Part shown: piece after piece, positions 1-12,673 of the stretch
How the letters are laid out: the number at the start of each line of letters is the position of its first letter
Numbering within the stretch: the stretch's first letter is position 1
From: Balanoglossus misakiensis
Taxonomy: Eukaryota; Animalia; Hemichordata
NCBI GenBank assembly: GCA_040954595.2
Contig: CM082577.2
Location: forward strand, 12,965,903 to 13,029,902
Length of the DNA stretch: 64,000 nt
Direction: 5' to 3'
Notes under the pieces: model-generated
Databases searched by the model: none
Told to the model about the DNA's origin: nothing
The model's input: only the letters and a program-made list of their open reading frames with translations
Program-made: the position numbers and the translations under genes

Positions 1-44
1 TGCAAGAATATAAGAAGAAAAACAATTTTCTCAAAAGCAATCCT

Positions 45-460
45 ATGTATGTATGTATGTATGTATGTATGTATGTATGTATGTATGTACGTACGTACGT
101 ATGTATGTATGTATGTATGTATGTATGTATGTATGTATGTATGTATGTATGTATGTATGTATGTATGTATGTATGTATGTATGTACGTACGTACGTACGT
201 ACGTACGTACGTACGTACGTATGTATGTATGTATGTATGTATGTATGTATGTATGTATGTATGCATGCATGCATGCATGCATGCATGCATGCATGCATGC
301 ATGCATGCATGCATGCATGCATGCATGCATGCATGCATGCATGCATGCATGTATGTATGTATGTATGTATGTATGTATGTATGTATGTATGTATGTATGT
401 ATGTATGTATGTATGTATGTATGTGTATGTGTGTGTATGTGTATGTGTGTGTGTGTGTGT
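45..460. repeat. Compound tetranucleotide microsatellite (TATG)n/(TACG)n/(CATG)n grading into (TG)n
   Basis: Directly visible; lies in an intron of the kringle gene; source of the spurious MYVC/HACM ORFs. Confidence 0.98.
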
Positions 461-747
461 AATATGTATGTATGTATCTATGTATGTATCTATGTATGTA
501 TCTATGTACGAAGTATGCGGTTCGACTAGGCCGATACAAAGTGTTCAATACAAAAGTTGAGCGGAGTATTAAGTAGGGTACCGTAGTAGGAGAAACAAAA
601 GGCGGTAACATCTCTATGTATGAATCTATGTATGTATCTAATACTGCATACGTACGGCTATACATTTGAGTAGGTGTAGACTTTGAGTTTGTTCTCCATA
701 TGTTCAGAATCTAGGTTTTGTCGTTTAGTTAAACTGTAGAAATTTAC

Positions 748-1207
748 CTCGTGAACATTCCTCCTGTGGATCACCAACTGTACAGTATTCCCAACGCACC
801 GCTGGATCGATGGTGTAACACCAGGGTTGTGTAGCTCCGTCCATGTTGCGGCAGTAATTGTGATCACCAAGACCGTGGTTTGGGTAATTGTCCGGTGTGG
901 TTGTGTGTTCGTGTGGAGACTGTGACGTCCAGTGCTGACAAGTTCGACCCGTCCTTGTCGTAGATACCGTGCCTCGGTAGTCGGAGCCATCGTCTCGGGT
1001 GTAACATTCACTACCTGTGAGAATGAATCAATCGAGCCTCGTGTTAAACAGTGATAAATGCCACTGACGGTAAAGATGGAAATACAATGAAAAATAAACG
1101 CGAAGGTATGAATTGAAGTCATCTTTACAACTTTAATTTAACAAAAATTGTCACGCACAACGGGAAGGTATTGTGGAGGGTATCGCACATTTTCAGCGAA
1201 AATGGAA

Positions 1208-1248
<41 letters not shown>

Positions 1249-1275
1249 ATGCGCGCACACACACACACACACATG

Positions 1276-1349
<74 letters not shown>

Positions 1350-2167
1350 CACGACCACCCACCCATCCTTTCGTCCCTCCGTCCATTTCATCGTAAGATA
1401 GTCATAACGACAGTAAATGCGACATAATCTCCCTTTTGACCATGCTCACTCAATCTACGATAAACAGGATGTTCTTTAAAATGTTAAGATTTAAATAAAC
1501 CAGACAATGAAATTCAGTAACATACCGTCACTTGGGTCTGGTTCGTAGCGCTGGGCTGTGTCCTGGTCATCTAGTGTAGCAGATTCTGTGGTCTGAAAAA
1601 ATATGAAAATATCAATATCACACTAAAAAGAAACATATACATTTTGAACATGTTTAATAATTTGTCATGTACTGTATGTATTTAACCGACTATAACAGAA
1701 AATTTAAAAACCGATGATATTTCCTCATCCCTATATCCATTGCCAACAAAATATCAGAAAATGATATTATGTAGCCTTTTAACCTGTGTACGCGGTAAGA
1801 AAACAATGTCTTAAACTTTCCACATTTTTTAGATTATTTTGCGAGCCAATAACTGTATAAAACTGAGGACTATCACACAAGTAAAGATTTTCACCAAACA
1901 AATACACTGGAAACATTACATCCGTAAATTGGCGACGTGGAAAACTCATATTTGCCGTGGAGAAAAGTATTAATGCCATCCTTTGAACTTCAAAACCTAG
2001 CTGCGAATATGACGATATAAATATTCACCTGTGCACGTGAACCATTATTCGAAAAGGTCCTCTTTAATTAAACTTACCACTTCTGCATCCCGAGGCCAAT
2101 CAGAGCTTTCGCACTGGATTCGAGCAACGCTCAAAGACACCAACATAAGAGCCAGTTTCAGCTTCAT
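748..2167 (-). CDS. Secreted kringle-domain protein, 5' part (exons 2167-2078, 1592-1526, 1014-748); continues beyond the left edge
   Basis: Exon 1 reads [30 protein letters not shown]|gtaagt (signal peptide-like). Exon 2 reads [22 protein letters not shown](G)|gtatgt. Exon 3 (phase 1-1, 267 bp) reads [89 protein letters not shown], with the kringle hallmarks YRG, CQxW, NYCRN, PWCYT and WEYC. Splice phases are all consistent. Confidence 0.92.
1208..1352. repeat. (CT)n(CA)n microsatellite
   Basis: Directly visible. Confidence 0.97.
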
Positions 2168-3004
2168 GGTCCTACCGTATCGCTCAGATAGCAGGAAAAA
2201 AACACCTGAAGTTTCAGACGGATTTCAGTGCTATTTATTCCTTATATTATGCAAAACAGCATCATATGGGTAAACAGTAAGGACGGATTGTTGCCGTCAA
2301 ATGATGTGCATCGTCCAATCGAAATGGCGAACCAGGTTTGCCCATGTACACATGCCGCATGCACACTGTCTTTGCTTAGATGATAAATTACTGTTTATTT
2401 TTTTCATCGCCTGCCTTATCTTAATTATGTTTCATCAGCAAAATGACAAGGTAACTGCTGGAGACTTTATTCATCAATCAGCGTGTCATTTTTTCAAGTG
2501 CCTAAAACCCAGCGTGCACTGGTTTGCTGATGTCATCCTTTCAGACACACAACCCTTTATTTCCGAGTACGAGGTGGCCTAACATTTATAACAGGAATTC
2601 GGCGATTTTTTTGCCGGGTTTTGTTTTCGAACAGTCATATTTCAGTTTGTAGCTATAGTTTGAGCGTAATTACGTCACTGGGCATTTAGTAGCTAGAAAT
2701 ATTTGAATGACATGCATGTGCGGAAAATGCTTAGCACAAGAGGTTAGGTTAGAACGATGGGAGATGGGGAGTGGTAAGCCTATACCCCTTAACGAAAATA
2801 AACTAGCGAAATAGTTGAATTTCTGGGAACGGATGCTGTGATAATCTGCGGAACTTTTATTTTATATGACAAAGACAGAGTGATACAGTAGACGTTAGGA
2901 AAATGTGAAATAAATTCATTTCATTCATGGCTAATTCTAAGGTGATTTGAGTCTGAAAGATAAATAATGTTGGTGGTGTAAAAGGGGGAGATCACTCGGC
3001 TGCA

Positions 3005-3302
3005 AGTCTCTGTGTCGCTGCCCTTTTTCCATTGCTCATATTTTATACAAACACCTTTTTTGTTAATATACATGTGGATATATATTGAATCAACGTTCAA
3101 TGACACACACCTGAAAAAACTCACCAAAATGAATAATCTTTCGCTTTATTCATTTTGGGCGAGTTTTTACTCTCATTACAAGTGGGGTGGAAGTTGTGTG
3201 TGGATCACTACATATACACATGTACATAAACATAAACGGTGTCTTGTATTAAACATATTAAATGGAAAAAAGGGCAGCAAGAGAGAGACTTTGTCCCTTT
3301 AA
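3005..3302. mobile_element. Partial copy of a Kolobok-type MITE family (full copy at 52382-52735, another partial at ~61240-61378)
   Basis: Ends GGCAGCAAGAGAGAGACTTTGTCCCT|TTAA, identical to the right end of the 52.4-kb copy; internal sequence is shared. Confidence 0.7.
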
Positions 3303-3889
3303 CCTTAGGATTTATAAACGGGGAGAGGTTTAGAAAATAAACAAATCTAGCCCCACAAAGACGGCACTGCAGCTTACACGCACAATTTTCCATAGTCACA
3401 TTCCCCCCTAAAGACAACAATAACGTCATCATTTTCGGGCGTCTGATTGATTTCATTTTGCGGCCACCATGCAGTTTAAATTTTAAACAACGGATGAGCA
3501 CAATCGCAGTAGGGCAGGCAAAACGCCCGCAGCTGATATTTAAACAGCATAATTGAAAGAGGGGCGCGCTGCAGCTTTCCGTACACTGCTCAAGTGAATT
3601 ATTTAAGGTCTGTGAAACCACGGGGAGGGGGACTGTGGTGAAACGTTAACAAGGAGTTCCCACCACAAGAGTAGAAGCGAATATTTCGTGAGTATATCGA
3701 GTATTTGCACTCCGCCAAAATTGACGAAGTATGGTGGGTCACGTATGAAACAAACTGTCGCTAAAAACAAAGTCGGTAATTTGTCTTGAGCATACGAGTT
3801 AACAGTACCCAACCATTTTGCAACAAACTCACACAATTATATTATGTTTTAGTGCGATCAATTCTGGCGGCCTTAAATAGGTTTTCACT

Positions 3890-4095
3890 TTGCCATAGGG
3901 GGTCAAATCACATTGCATTCTGGGCGAAAAGTCGACAACCCCTGTTAAAAAAAGTTTCAGAATGACCCATCATCACTTTAGATTATGAACTCCTATTTCT
4001 TAAACATGGCAAAATCGGCCATCTTGAAATTGTGTCGACCATATGAGATTTTCATCACTCACTAAGGTAGCTTAAGCCTATTTAAGGTAGGGAGA
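3890..4095. repeat. Interspersed repeat, related copy at ~23820-24035
   Basis: Shared strings AAAGTTTCAGAATGACC, TTTCTTAAACATGGCA, TTTTCATCACTCAC and TTAAGGTAGGGAGAA at both loci. Confidence 0.7.
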
Positions 4096-5869
4096 AATAT
4101 ATACATTCACCATATGGAGTCAAACATTTGGGTGATATGTTGCACAGTACATGTAAAAACAAACCAATAGCGATATAGGCGACTGAACAATTTTGTCGGT
4201 GTGTTATTTTGCAATTTGGTTCTTTATAACAAAAAAACGGCATTCGAGTTTCACGTGACTGTCTAAAAACTCTTTCTGTAACCACTTTATAGAAACGTTG
4301 TCATAGTAATTCTACAGCGAACGTTTTACTTAAAACAAACCACTACCTAATAAAAAGGGTGGGGGATGATAAAACCACAACGTCAATTTTGGTGAAATGT
4401 TTAAATTGCTTCGTCAACGCTCACATCGTTAGATTCCCCGCCTGCACATGAGGTGATATCCCGCAGACTTTCTGAATGATATCCACGGTACCTCCACGAA
4501 CCAATATTTGATCTGATGCGACGAATACAGTTAAAGAACGGCGCATACCCAGGGCGCATATTGGACCCGAGGCTTTTCATGCATGCACCGGAAGAATGAG
4601 TCAGGGTATGTGTACAAGACTACTTATAATATTTGATGAAGACCGGGGGTTGTTGGAAATATTCACATTAAAAACGTTCGGGCATATTAATTAGATTCAG
4701 TGACAAATCTAGAGCAAGGAAACAAACGTTTGGTTACATTCCGTGCTTGTATTGTACTCGTACATATTATACGCACTAAGCTACGTGTATCTTCTTATAA
4801 CTTCGCGTTTTATACCGACCCTTCTCCACGTATGCAACCACGTGCAAAATGCTGTCCAATGATTCGGGTTTTATTCACGGAAGAAACCATACCGTCTTCG
4901 AAAACAAGCTTTGCCAAGTTTGGTTGGTTGGTTTATTCATAACGGGAAGTGGTACATGTAACTGTTGAACTTGGAAAATAAACGTCTTTTGTAACAAAAA
5001 GAAACGACTGTACTGCATACCGCAATCGTAAATTTTGCAACAATTTAACTGAAGTTCTCTGCTTGTTGTTCTACTAAACTACACTGAAAATCATCGCACC
5101 TGCAACGACCCATCGAGTGAGCCGTTGTTTTTATTTATCTACGCACTCGATTGTTATCAGGCTGACTGAATGGGCATGTAACAGAATTTGCAACATTGGT
5201 GTGTTGAAGCAGACGCAGAGTCTCGGATCACGACCGAGACACTTGATGAAATCAAAAGTTCAAACTTTGTAATGAATAAAGAACACGGTAAAAGTTGTGC
5301 GTGTTTTTTTTCCATTATTTTTAATGAAAGACATATATTCATCATGCATGATTCACTGAGAAACATTTATTCCACTGAATAATCAAACTGAAAAGCCTAC
5401 AGCAATTTGGCCGACTCATATATGGTCGTCAGAAATCATTTTACATACAATTTCAAAGATTTATTTTAGTTTGATTGAAGGGAAAACTATACGGAGCAAA
5501 CTATCTTCTACAGATTGAGGTATCCAAGTTGTCTGAAGAATCCAAAACACTGGGTTGCAATAACTGTGTTGGTCGCTCTCAAAATTGAGTACGCTTTATT
5601 TTCCTCTGATAGATGTCTGTATAGTGGCTGCTTGAAAATCGTTTTGAGATATTCAAACACGTATTCCGCTGCATTAAAGTCTGGCGAATATGTTGGGGGG
5701 GGGGAAATATATTCCACACCTATATTGTCTAGAATTTCGGCCAAAATACGACCATCGTGATTGTGGTGTGTAGGACGGTTATCAACTACAACAATGTCGC
5801 CTGCAACCAACCCTGGCGACCCGTCCTCCATAACAGTGTTTGCCGCTTCATTGAAAAACTGCAAATACG

Positions 5870-7603
5870 TATGGGGTGCCATGTGTTAACTTATTATTTA
5901 GCTAAATTATTTGTTCAAAAGTCGTTATTTAACATACTTATATGTATGTAATTATAGATTTGCAAACCATTTAAGTCCTGACAATTTATTTATAAATAAT
6001 TTCAAGTCGATTCAATTATATACATAAAATGTATTTTATGCTCTTTTATTTATATATAATAAATTATTTATAAACAATGTCAGTGTCAGTCTATTATATA
6101 TATATCATGAGTGATGTACATAATTATTTATATTTAATTAATGATTTATAAATAAAAAAATTTAAGTGTATTATATATATCATGAGTGATTTATAAATAA
6201 TTTAAGTGCAAGTCTATTATATATATATCATGAGTGATTTAAATTATATAATGAATTATATATAAATAAGTGATTTCTAAACCATGAAAAAATGCACTCG
6301 CGCCGTTTGTCAACTTATTATTTAACGCAAACTCATTATTTAACGCAAACTCATTATTTAAGGCCTGTTCACACAACCCCTTGCATTTGGATCATTACGC
6401 ACACATATAGTCCCCACACGTGAACAAGAAATGCACATTACGTGCGGTGATTTCAATTTATATTATACTCCTTTCAAAGGTTAGATGAAACACCGAAAAA
6501 GGTATCAACTAGTTAGTGATTTTAGCCCGTGATTGCAATGTTTGATTGAAACGCGAAAAGCTGATCGATAGTTCTACATTGTGGTCTCCGAGGTCAAAGG
6601 TTGGCCGGTCATGGCGATACCATTATTAAAATAGGGGCCAGTCATCAAAACGGTGGCGTATGATTTTTTAAAGTAAGTTTCCGAATTAAAACGTAAGTGA
6701 GCCAAAAAACTACAGGTCAGATAAATTGTTTTCTCGTAAATTCAACATTAGAATCAAATTTGGCGTTGGAAACAAACGGCGGGTCGCCAGTTCCTGGTCT
6801 GGGGGCTGGTAGAGTCACGTCTTGAAGACTGGCCCCTATTTTAATAATGGCATTGTCATGACCGGCCAACCTTTGACCTCGGAGACCACAATGTAGAGCT
6901 ATCGATCAGCTTTTCGCGTTTCAATCAAACATTGCAATCACGGGCTAAAATCACTAACTAGTTGATACCTTTTTCGGTGTTTCATCTAACCTTTGAAAGG
7001 AGTATAATATAAATTGAAATGACCGCACGTAATGTGCATTTCTTGTTCACGTGTGGGGACTATATGTGTGCGTAATGATTCAAATGCAAGGGGTTGTGTG
7101 AACAGGCCTTAAATAATGAGTTTGCGTTAAATAATGAGTTTGCGTTAAATAATAAGTTGACAAACGGCGCGAGTGCATTTTTTCATGGTTTAGAAATCAC
7201 TTATTTATATATAATTCATTATATAATTTAAATCACTCATGATATATATTTAATAGACTTGCACTTAAATTATTTATAAATCACTCATGATATATATATA
7301 ATACACTTAAATTTTTTTTATTTATAAATCATTAATTAAATTTAAATAATTATGTACATCACTCATGATATATATATAATACACTTACATTTTTATTATT
7401 TATAAATAATTAATTATATATAAATAAAAGAGCATAAAATACATTTTATGTATATAATTGAATCGACTTGAAATTATTTATAAATAAATTGTCAGGACTT
7501 AAATGGTTTGCAAATCTATAATTACATACATATAAGTATGTTAAATAACGACTTTTGAACAAATAATTTAGCTAAATAATAAGTTAACACATGGCACCCC
7601 ATA
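5870..7603. mobile_element. Foldback-like non-autonomous DNA transposon with ~780-bp inverted arms; IS3EU-type termini (TATGG...CCATA) and 6-bp TSD AATACG
   Basis: Left arm ~5870-6650 is the near-perfect reverse complement of ~6818-7603, with a spacer of ~165 bp. AATACG occurs at 5864-5869 and 7604-7609. Removing the element restores the transposase frame. Confidence 0.9.
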
Positions 7604-7666
7604 AATACGTGTCTGTATTAGAAGGGCCATGGAGGACATTGGCATGGCATATACCAAGTGCACTAA

Positions 7667-8036
7667 GGGACCGTTCAGTTTTTACGGCCGGGGGGGGGGG
7701 CGGCAAGTTTGTGTCATCTGTTTGCAAAATCCGGCCGACCCCCCCCCTTCACCCATGACCAAAAAAATGATGACCCCCCCTTTTGACAGACCCAAAAATA
7801 TGATTACCCCCCCCCCCCCCACGCTGAAAACATTCGCCGTCCTGATCCTATGTATGATTTTGTAAAGTAAGTGCGCGAAACTGCAATTTTGTGGACTCAA
7901 AAGCAAAAGTTCGGTGGCAAAAGTAAGTGACCCCCCCCCCTAAACGTTTAAAAAAAACCAGATGACCCCCCCCCCCCTTTTGGACTTCAAAATTTAAGTG
8001 ACCCCCCCCCCCCGGCCGTAAAAACTGAACGGTCCC
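7667..8036. mobile_element. PIF/Harbinger-type MITE
   Basis: TIR GGGACCGTTCAGTTTTTACGGCCGGGG / CCCCGGCCGTAAAAACTGAACGGTCCC; TAA on both sides (7664-7666, 8037-8039). Confidence 0.88.
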
Positions 8037-9508
8037 TAATTTGGTTCCTTAGCGTATCGCTGAACTTGAATTGTACGGTCCCCGATGGGAGCGTGTCCGT
8101 ACTTCCTGTTGTGAACACCCGGACCCGGAAAGCTGACGCCGATTTCATCCATGAACTTGACGCGAAACGGGTCGACTTCATACAAAGCGTGTACAAGATG
8201 TTTCGCTCGGTTAAACGTTCGTTTGCAACACGTCATTTTTTTCCAAGCCACGTTTTGTCGGACAAACGATTTCTGACGGTTCGACAGACGGTGGGTATAG
8301 ACACGTCTGCTTGCGAAAATTCCGCCAATTTTTGTTGAATTTCTTCGTATAAAATCGAAGGAGTTTGTCGTTTTAAATACTCGATATATTGCTCTTCATC
8401 GTTATGAAGTTTCCTTGGTTGTCAGTGCAAAACATCCTCATACAAGGTTCAGAGTAGACTACAGACAATCTCACAGTGGGATTACGAACGTTTGAAACGG
8501 TTACTTTGTTGCAAAATAAACAAAGTGCGGTATTCAGTTTCGTGAACTTAGACGTTTTTTTCTTATCATGGGAGACGTTTATTTTATCACTCGAACACAA
8601 AGAATTTTCAATGTATTTTGAAATCTGAAGTAAGTTATATCATCTCTGCACTCTGAAATTGTACTCCAGATGAAAAATGTAAATCGCGATGCATACAGAG
8701 GTTACAAAGAAATAAATAGTATCTTCGTATTTTTATATATTGGTAATGCCAAATTAATATTTTGTTAAATAAAAATCCTTAGGGTTATATAAATGTATAA
8801 GGCTTCTTGTAGAGCATTCCTGTGCATATATTCAAATCGTCATAACGATCAGGTATGTACATGCTATATTCTACTATATTGTGTTTCACATTAATGTTTA
8901 TATAAAGTTTGAAAAATCATCAACTTTTGTCTAAAATGACATACTTACATTTCAAATGAAAAATAATACACAATGGATACGCTTTGGTATATTCATTGAT
9001 TCGAATATGACCTTACACCTTGGTATTTTCCGTGGTTGTTGGTTATCAAAATTATTTATTAGTGCAAGAAACATTGTACAGTTTTGCTTTAAATTGAGAC
9101 ACAGTGGCAATCCAGTACTGAAGGTTTATGTTTTGTTTTCAACAAACGGCTGGTTTTATAATTACCAAAATACCAGGATGTAAAGTTCATGTTGGGGTCA
9201 TAAAACTGACGAATATCTGTTGCGTCAAGGCGATAGGCCTATACAGCGTCGCAGGAAGCATACAGCTATCCTAGACTGAAAGATTCACTCCTGTGCGGGC
9301 GCTTCGGCAAAGGGTCATTGGCACACCGGAGCACCCGCACACGACTGAATCTTTCAGTCTACAGCTATCCAAATTATTAAAAATAAATATTTGATAAAGG
9401 TGCATTGGTAGCTGGTCTCCGATAGAGTTGATAGGAGCTGGCCTTAGACGCCGATTCATGGAATCTACTTAAATATCCTCTCCGTTGGAATTTTGCTCAT
9501 TTTGAAGG

Positions 9509-10749
9509 TCAGTGATAGCGATACACCCTGGGTCTGATGCAAGCACAGGCGACAGGTATTGATTCTCTGACGTAGTCGTACCTGCAGGACAAAAACAACG
9601 GCACACGTTCTTAAGTCATTGCCATCCGGTAACTCGTGGCAATATATAAGACCACAAACATTTCCTCTATATCGCAAAACATTCATATCTATCGCTGTAA
9701 ACGTTTGATTTCCTTTTTAGCAAATACATTAAATGTATAGAAGAAATTATAGCCACTCACGTGTAGAAGCCGTTCTTGCAACCTGTCCTCCTAAGCACCC
9801 AGACGTTGAAATGCACGGGCTTGCAGTGTCTGCCATCGTTGGCGACACCGCCCGAGTTTGGGTCGATGCATAGGCTACATCGGCACTGGGCCTCGGCGAT
9901 AGTTGTCGGGAATCGGTCGGCGTCCGTGGTTACCCGATAGGTCCACGGACAGAGCGCCATGTCGTTGTCCTGGGCGCTGATGACGTCGGCCATTTCGATC
10001 GGACAGGTGAGGTTGGTTGCCAGGTCCGGGTATGGATTCTCGGAGGAACGGACGACGCTGGCGAATTCCTCCGTCTTCTGGTAGGGCCAGGTGGCAAACT
10101 TTTGGGCGGCGACCGTGGTAAGGTTCTCGACTTCTGATAGTTTCCCGTGCAGGTGTTCCACAGATGGCTCCAAACACTCTTTCTGGACATCATCTCCCAC
10201 ATCAACGGCACCGGTCAGGTCGGAAACAGCGCCTTTATCCAAACTTGGCCTGATGATTGTGTCGTTTTCTGTTTCTGAGCTGTATGCGGCGCCGCTGTGG
10301 GTACTGCCGAGTTTGCCCACCGGATTCAGCAACCGGCCAAGTTCCGTATTTCGCTTTGTGATATATTTTGTCTGACAGCAAACGACAGACACCAGAAATA
10401 TCACTGACGAATATCTTTTCTGTAAGAAAACGCAAGGCTTCTCTCGTCATTCAAAATGAAAAAAAAATGGAGTAAAGTGCTATATGTTCTGTCCAGCTTA
10501 TGAAAGTACCAACTATATAGACATTTGAAAGGGTGGCCCTCTCCCCCCTTATCTGTCTCTCTCTCTTTCCCTCTCCCCTCTCTCTCGTCCCCTCTCTCGC
10601 TCCCCCTCTATTTCTCGTTCTGTTCTCCCTCTCTATCTCCCCCTCTCTATCTCCCTCCCCTCATCGCCCCTTCCCGCCAACTTACTAAAATATACAAACA
10701 GAAAAAATGTCCACATGACTTAGAAAACTCCTACCTTGCTGAGGTTCAT
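9509..10749 (-). CDS. IL17: Interleukin-17 family cytokine, 248 aa (exons 10749-10735, 10419-9761, 9581-9509)
   Basis: MNLSK|KRYSSVIFLVSVVCCQ (signal-like) ... ALCPWTYRVTTDADRFPTTIAEAQCRCSLC ... CKPVHFNVWVLRRTGCKNGFYT|YDYVRESIPVACACIRPR. These are the IL-17 cystine-knot motifs (CPW, RxP...EAxCxC, VxCxC). Splice sites are canonical and phases match. Confidence 0.93.
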
Positions 10750-10840
10750 CGTCGGCGAATTTCTGTGGACTTTTAATAGTGTTGGTGAAAATACCACGCA
10801 GGGTCGATTTGAATTGCTCGACATAGCAAAGACGGGTTCC

Positions 10841-10959
10841 ATTTATATGACAGCTCTCGCCTTCGAACTACCGGGTGTCGTATAATTATACACGTGGGAT
10901 AACCCAAGCTTGCAGCAGAAAATGGACAGTGACGTCACTGGCAAGGCTGGCGATTCCCC
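10841..10959 (-). promoter_or_regulatory. IL-17 proximal promoter: TATA box, CRE and kappaB-like sites
   Basis: TATAAAT on the - strand at 10841-10847, ~90 bp upstream of the ATG. GGGATAACCC at 10896-10905. Perfect TGACGTCA at 10930-10937. GGGGAATCGCC (-) at 10949-10959. Confidence 0.6.
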
Positions 10960-12051
10960 GTCTCTGTTACGTAGTGAGACTTGGATTGAGTCTCGTGTTT
11001 CCGAATTTGCAGCCAGTCAGTGCAGTGCGACACGAGGAATTTGGGACAGGACTTTCCTCAACGGGTTCTGCAGGAAATAATTCGAGATTGAAGGCAAACA
11101 AACACAACCGGTGAAAATGTGCTGGTCAGACAAGTTGCTGTCAGATTATGCGGGAAAACAGTTCACGATACGGGGAGCTTTTTTGTCAAAACGCAATGAT
11201 GTCATTCTGGCTGTTTTCGCCATTCTTCAGTTTAAATGAATGCAGATTAAAATCTCGACTCGCGCATATACCGTTTTGTATATATATATAGTCTAATAAT
11301 TGCAAGTTTCCCTTCCCTGTCTTTTAGAAGCATTTACAATTAAAAAAATTCCCATATAAAAATCAGGAAATCACAAATCTCTTTAATTCAAAACATATCC
11401 ATTACCACCAAGAGTTAGTCTGCGATGGAGATCGTACACGAGCGCGAACTCCATATCCAAAAATCTGTGACATTTTATTTTATTCAGTGTTATTTTCACT
11501 CCAACTATATAGAAGAATACTTAGTTGATGTGAAAAGGAAAAGTATTGAATTAAATCTGTGTAATGTATTGGCGTGCGGGAGGATCAATTTTATCATCTA
11601 AACATATTAATGTTGATCTCCAGATTTGAAACTATGGGGAAATTTGACCATTATATTATGCAACATTTCCGTGTCTCTTCAAATCTCCCCAAAATGTATT
11701 TTTATTGAAACCATAATCCCATAAATCTCAAGTAACCCTCACGACTTAAAACCAGGCCGAGCTTTACAGTGTTTCACAGTACAGTCCGGAAGGTACAGCC
11801 TGGCCATGACCTTTAACCTTTACATAAATTACAGAAATTCGCGTACTTCCTCAGAAAGTGATATCTCTTGCAGTAATACGATCACTATACGCATCGTGTT
11901 ATCACATGTTCGACGTACACCGATCCGGATATTCCAGTCTGGTGGGGGAAAATGACAACTGATATGCCATAAAACATCGTGGATCTTATCAGGATTTCCC
12001 TTCATTGGCATGATGCAATCCAGCCAAGCTCATGTGAGGAACACAACTTAA

Positions 12052-12673
12052 GGATGTACGCACAGAACATAAACCGGAAAACTGCGCGCACCCGTCTTTT
12101 CTCATAGGATTACATTGATAATGGCTAGAAGACAAACTTCTACTATTGTCATTTTTACGAAATATTACACATAGCTCAGTCCAGTAAATATAAATTCATT
12201 GGTCAAATAAAATCGTGTGGTCACCGCGCTCTATTTTGAGATAAATTTCGTTAACATTTTTGCCCATAGTCAAACCATTCTTTACTATCAATCACGTGAT
12301 CTGGTCATGTGACCCACGGCGTTGTCATTTCCAGATGACGGGCAAGCAGTATTTCGGCATCCAGTAAAAGTTTTTCCCAGTATTTTTTTTACTTTAGAAC
12401 CGCCAGACACGTAACATGTATCATGTATGGTGCCTTATCAGCCTCATGGCGTTTAGTCTGCACAGTCTTTGCCTAGACCACGTTGTTGAAGTTGGAGAAA
12501 AAAAAATGCTAAGTTAGCTATTTTCGTCTATTATCGACTAAATTCCTGGCCCTGTATTTCAAAAACAAGCGCGTTGTTTTATAATGGATTTTCATTATAC
12601 ATACAAAGGAGAATCCAAAAATCCACAATCAAAAGAAATGACAAATACTTTCAATTTTACTGAACGCGGATCC
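12052..12673. mobile_element. Kolobok-type non-autonomous element (shorter inverted copy at 48858-49270)
   Basis: TTAA|GG...CC|TTAA ends with imperfect TIRs; ends and much of the interior match 48858-49270 in reverse. Confidence 0.75.

Larger units (their letters stand above)
5508..8420 (-). pseudogene. Decayed Tc1/mariner-IS630 (DDE_3) transposase, split by two younger insertions and frameshifts
   Basis: Pieces in order: RKLHNDEEQYIEYLKRQTPSILYEEIQQKL...VSIPTVCRTVRNRL (HTH-like); FRVKFMDEIG...KYGHAPIGDR (first D); ISALGICHANVLHGPSNTDT|YLQFF (joins across the foldback site); IVVVDNRPTHH (second D); PTYSPDFNAAEYVF (E). Confidence 0.88.

Noticed and set aside
43-560. Long MYVC/HACM/YIHT ORFs (also at 1125-1427, 26613-27238, 54486-54789)
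   Set aside because: Translations of microsatellites.
658-1122. 154-aa ORF as the gene product
   Set aside because: The real exon (1014-748) is in another frame and encodes a clear kringle domain.
5863-7610. 8-bp TSD (AAATACGT) implying hAT/P, or Polinton identity for the foldback
   Set aside because: The inverted repeat extends one base further on each side (T/A), giving TAYGG ends and a 6-bp TSD like the 34.4-kb element. There are no AG..CT Polinton termini or Polinton genes. The 8-bp reading is not formally excluded.
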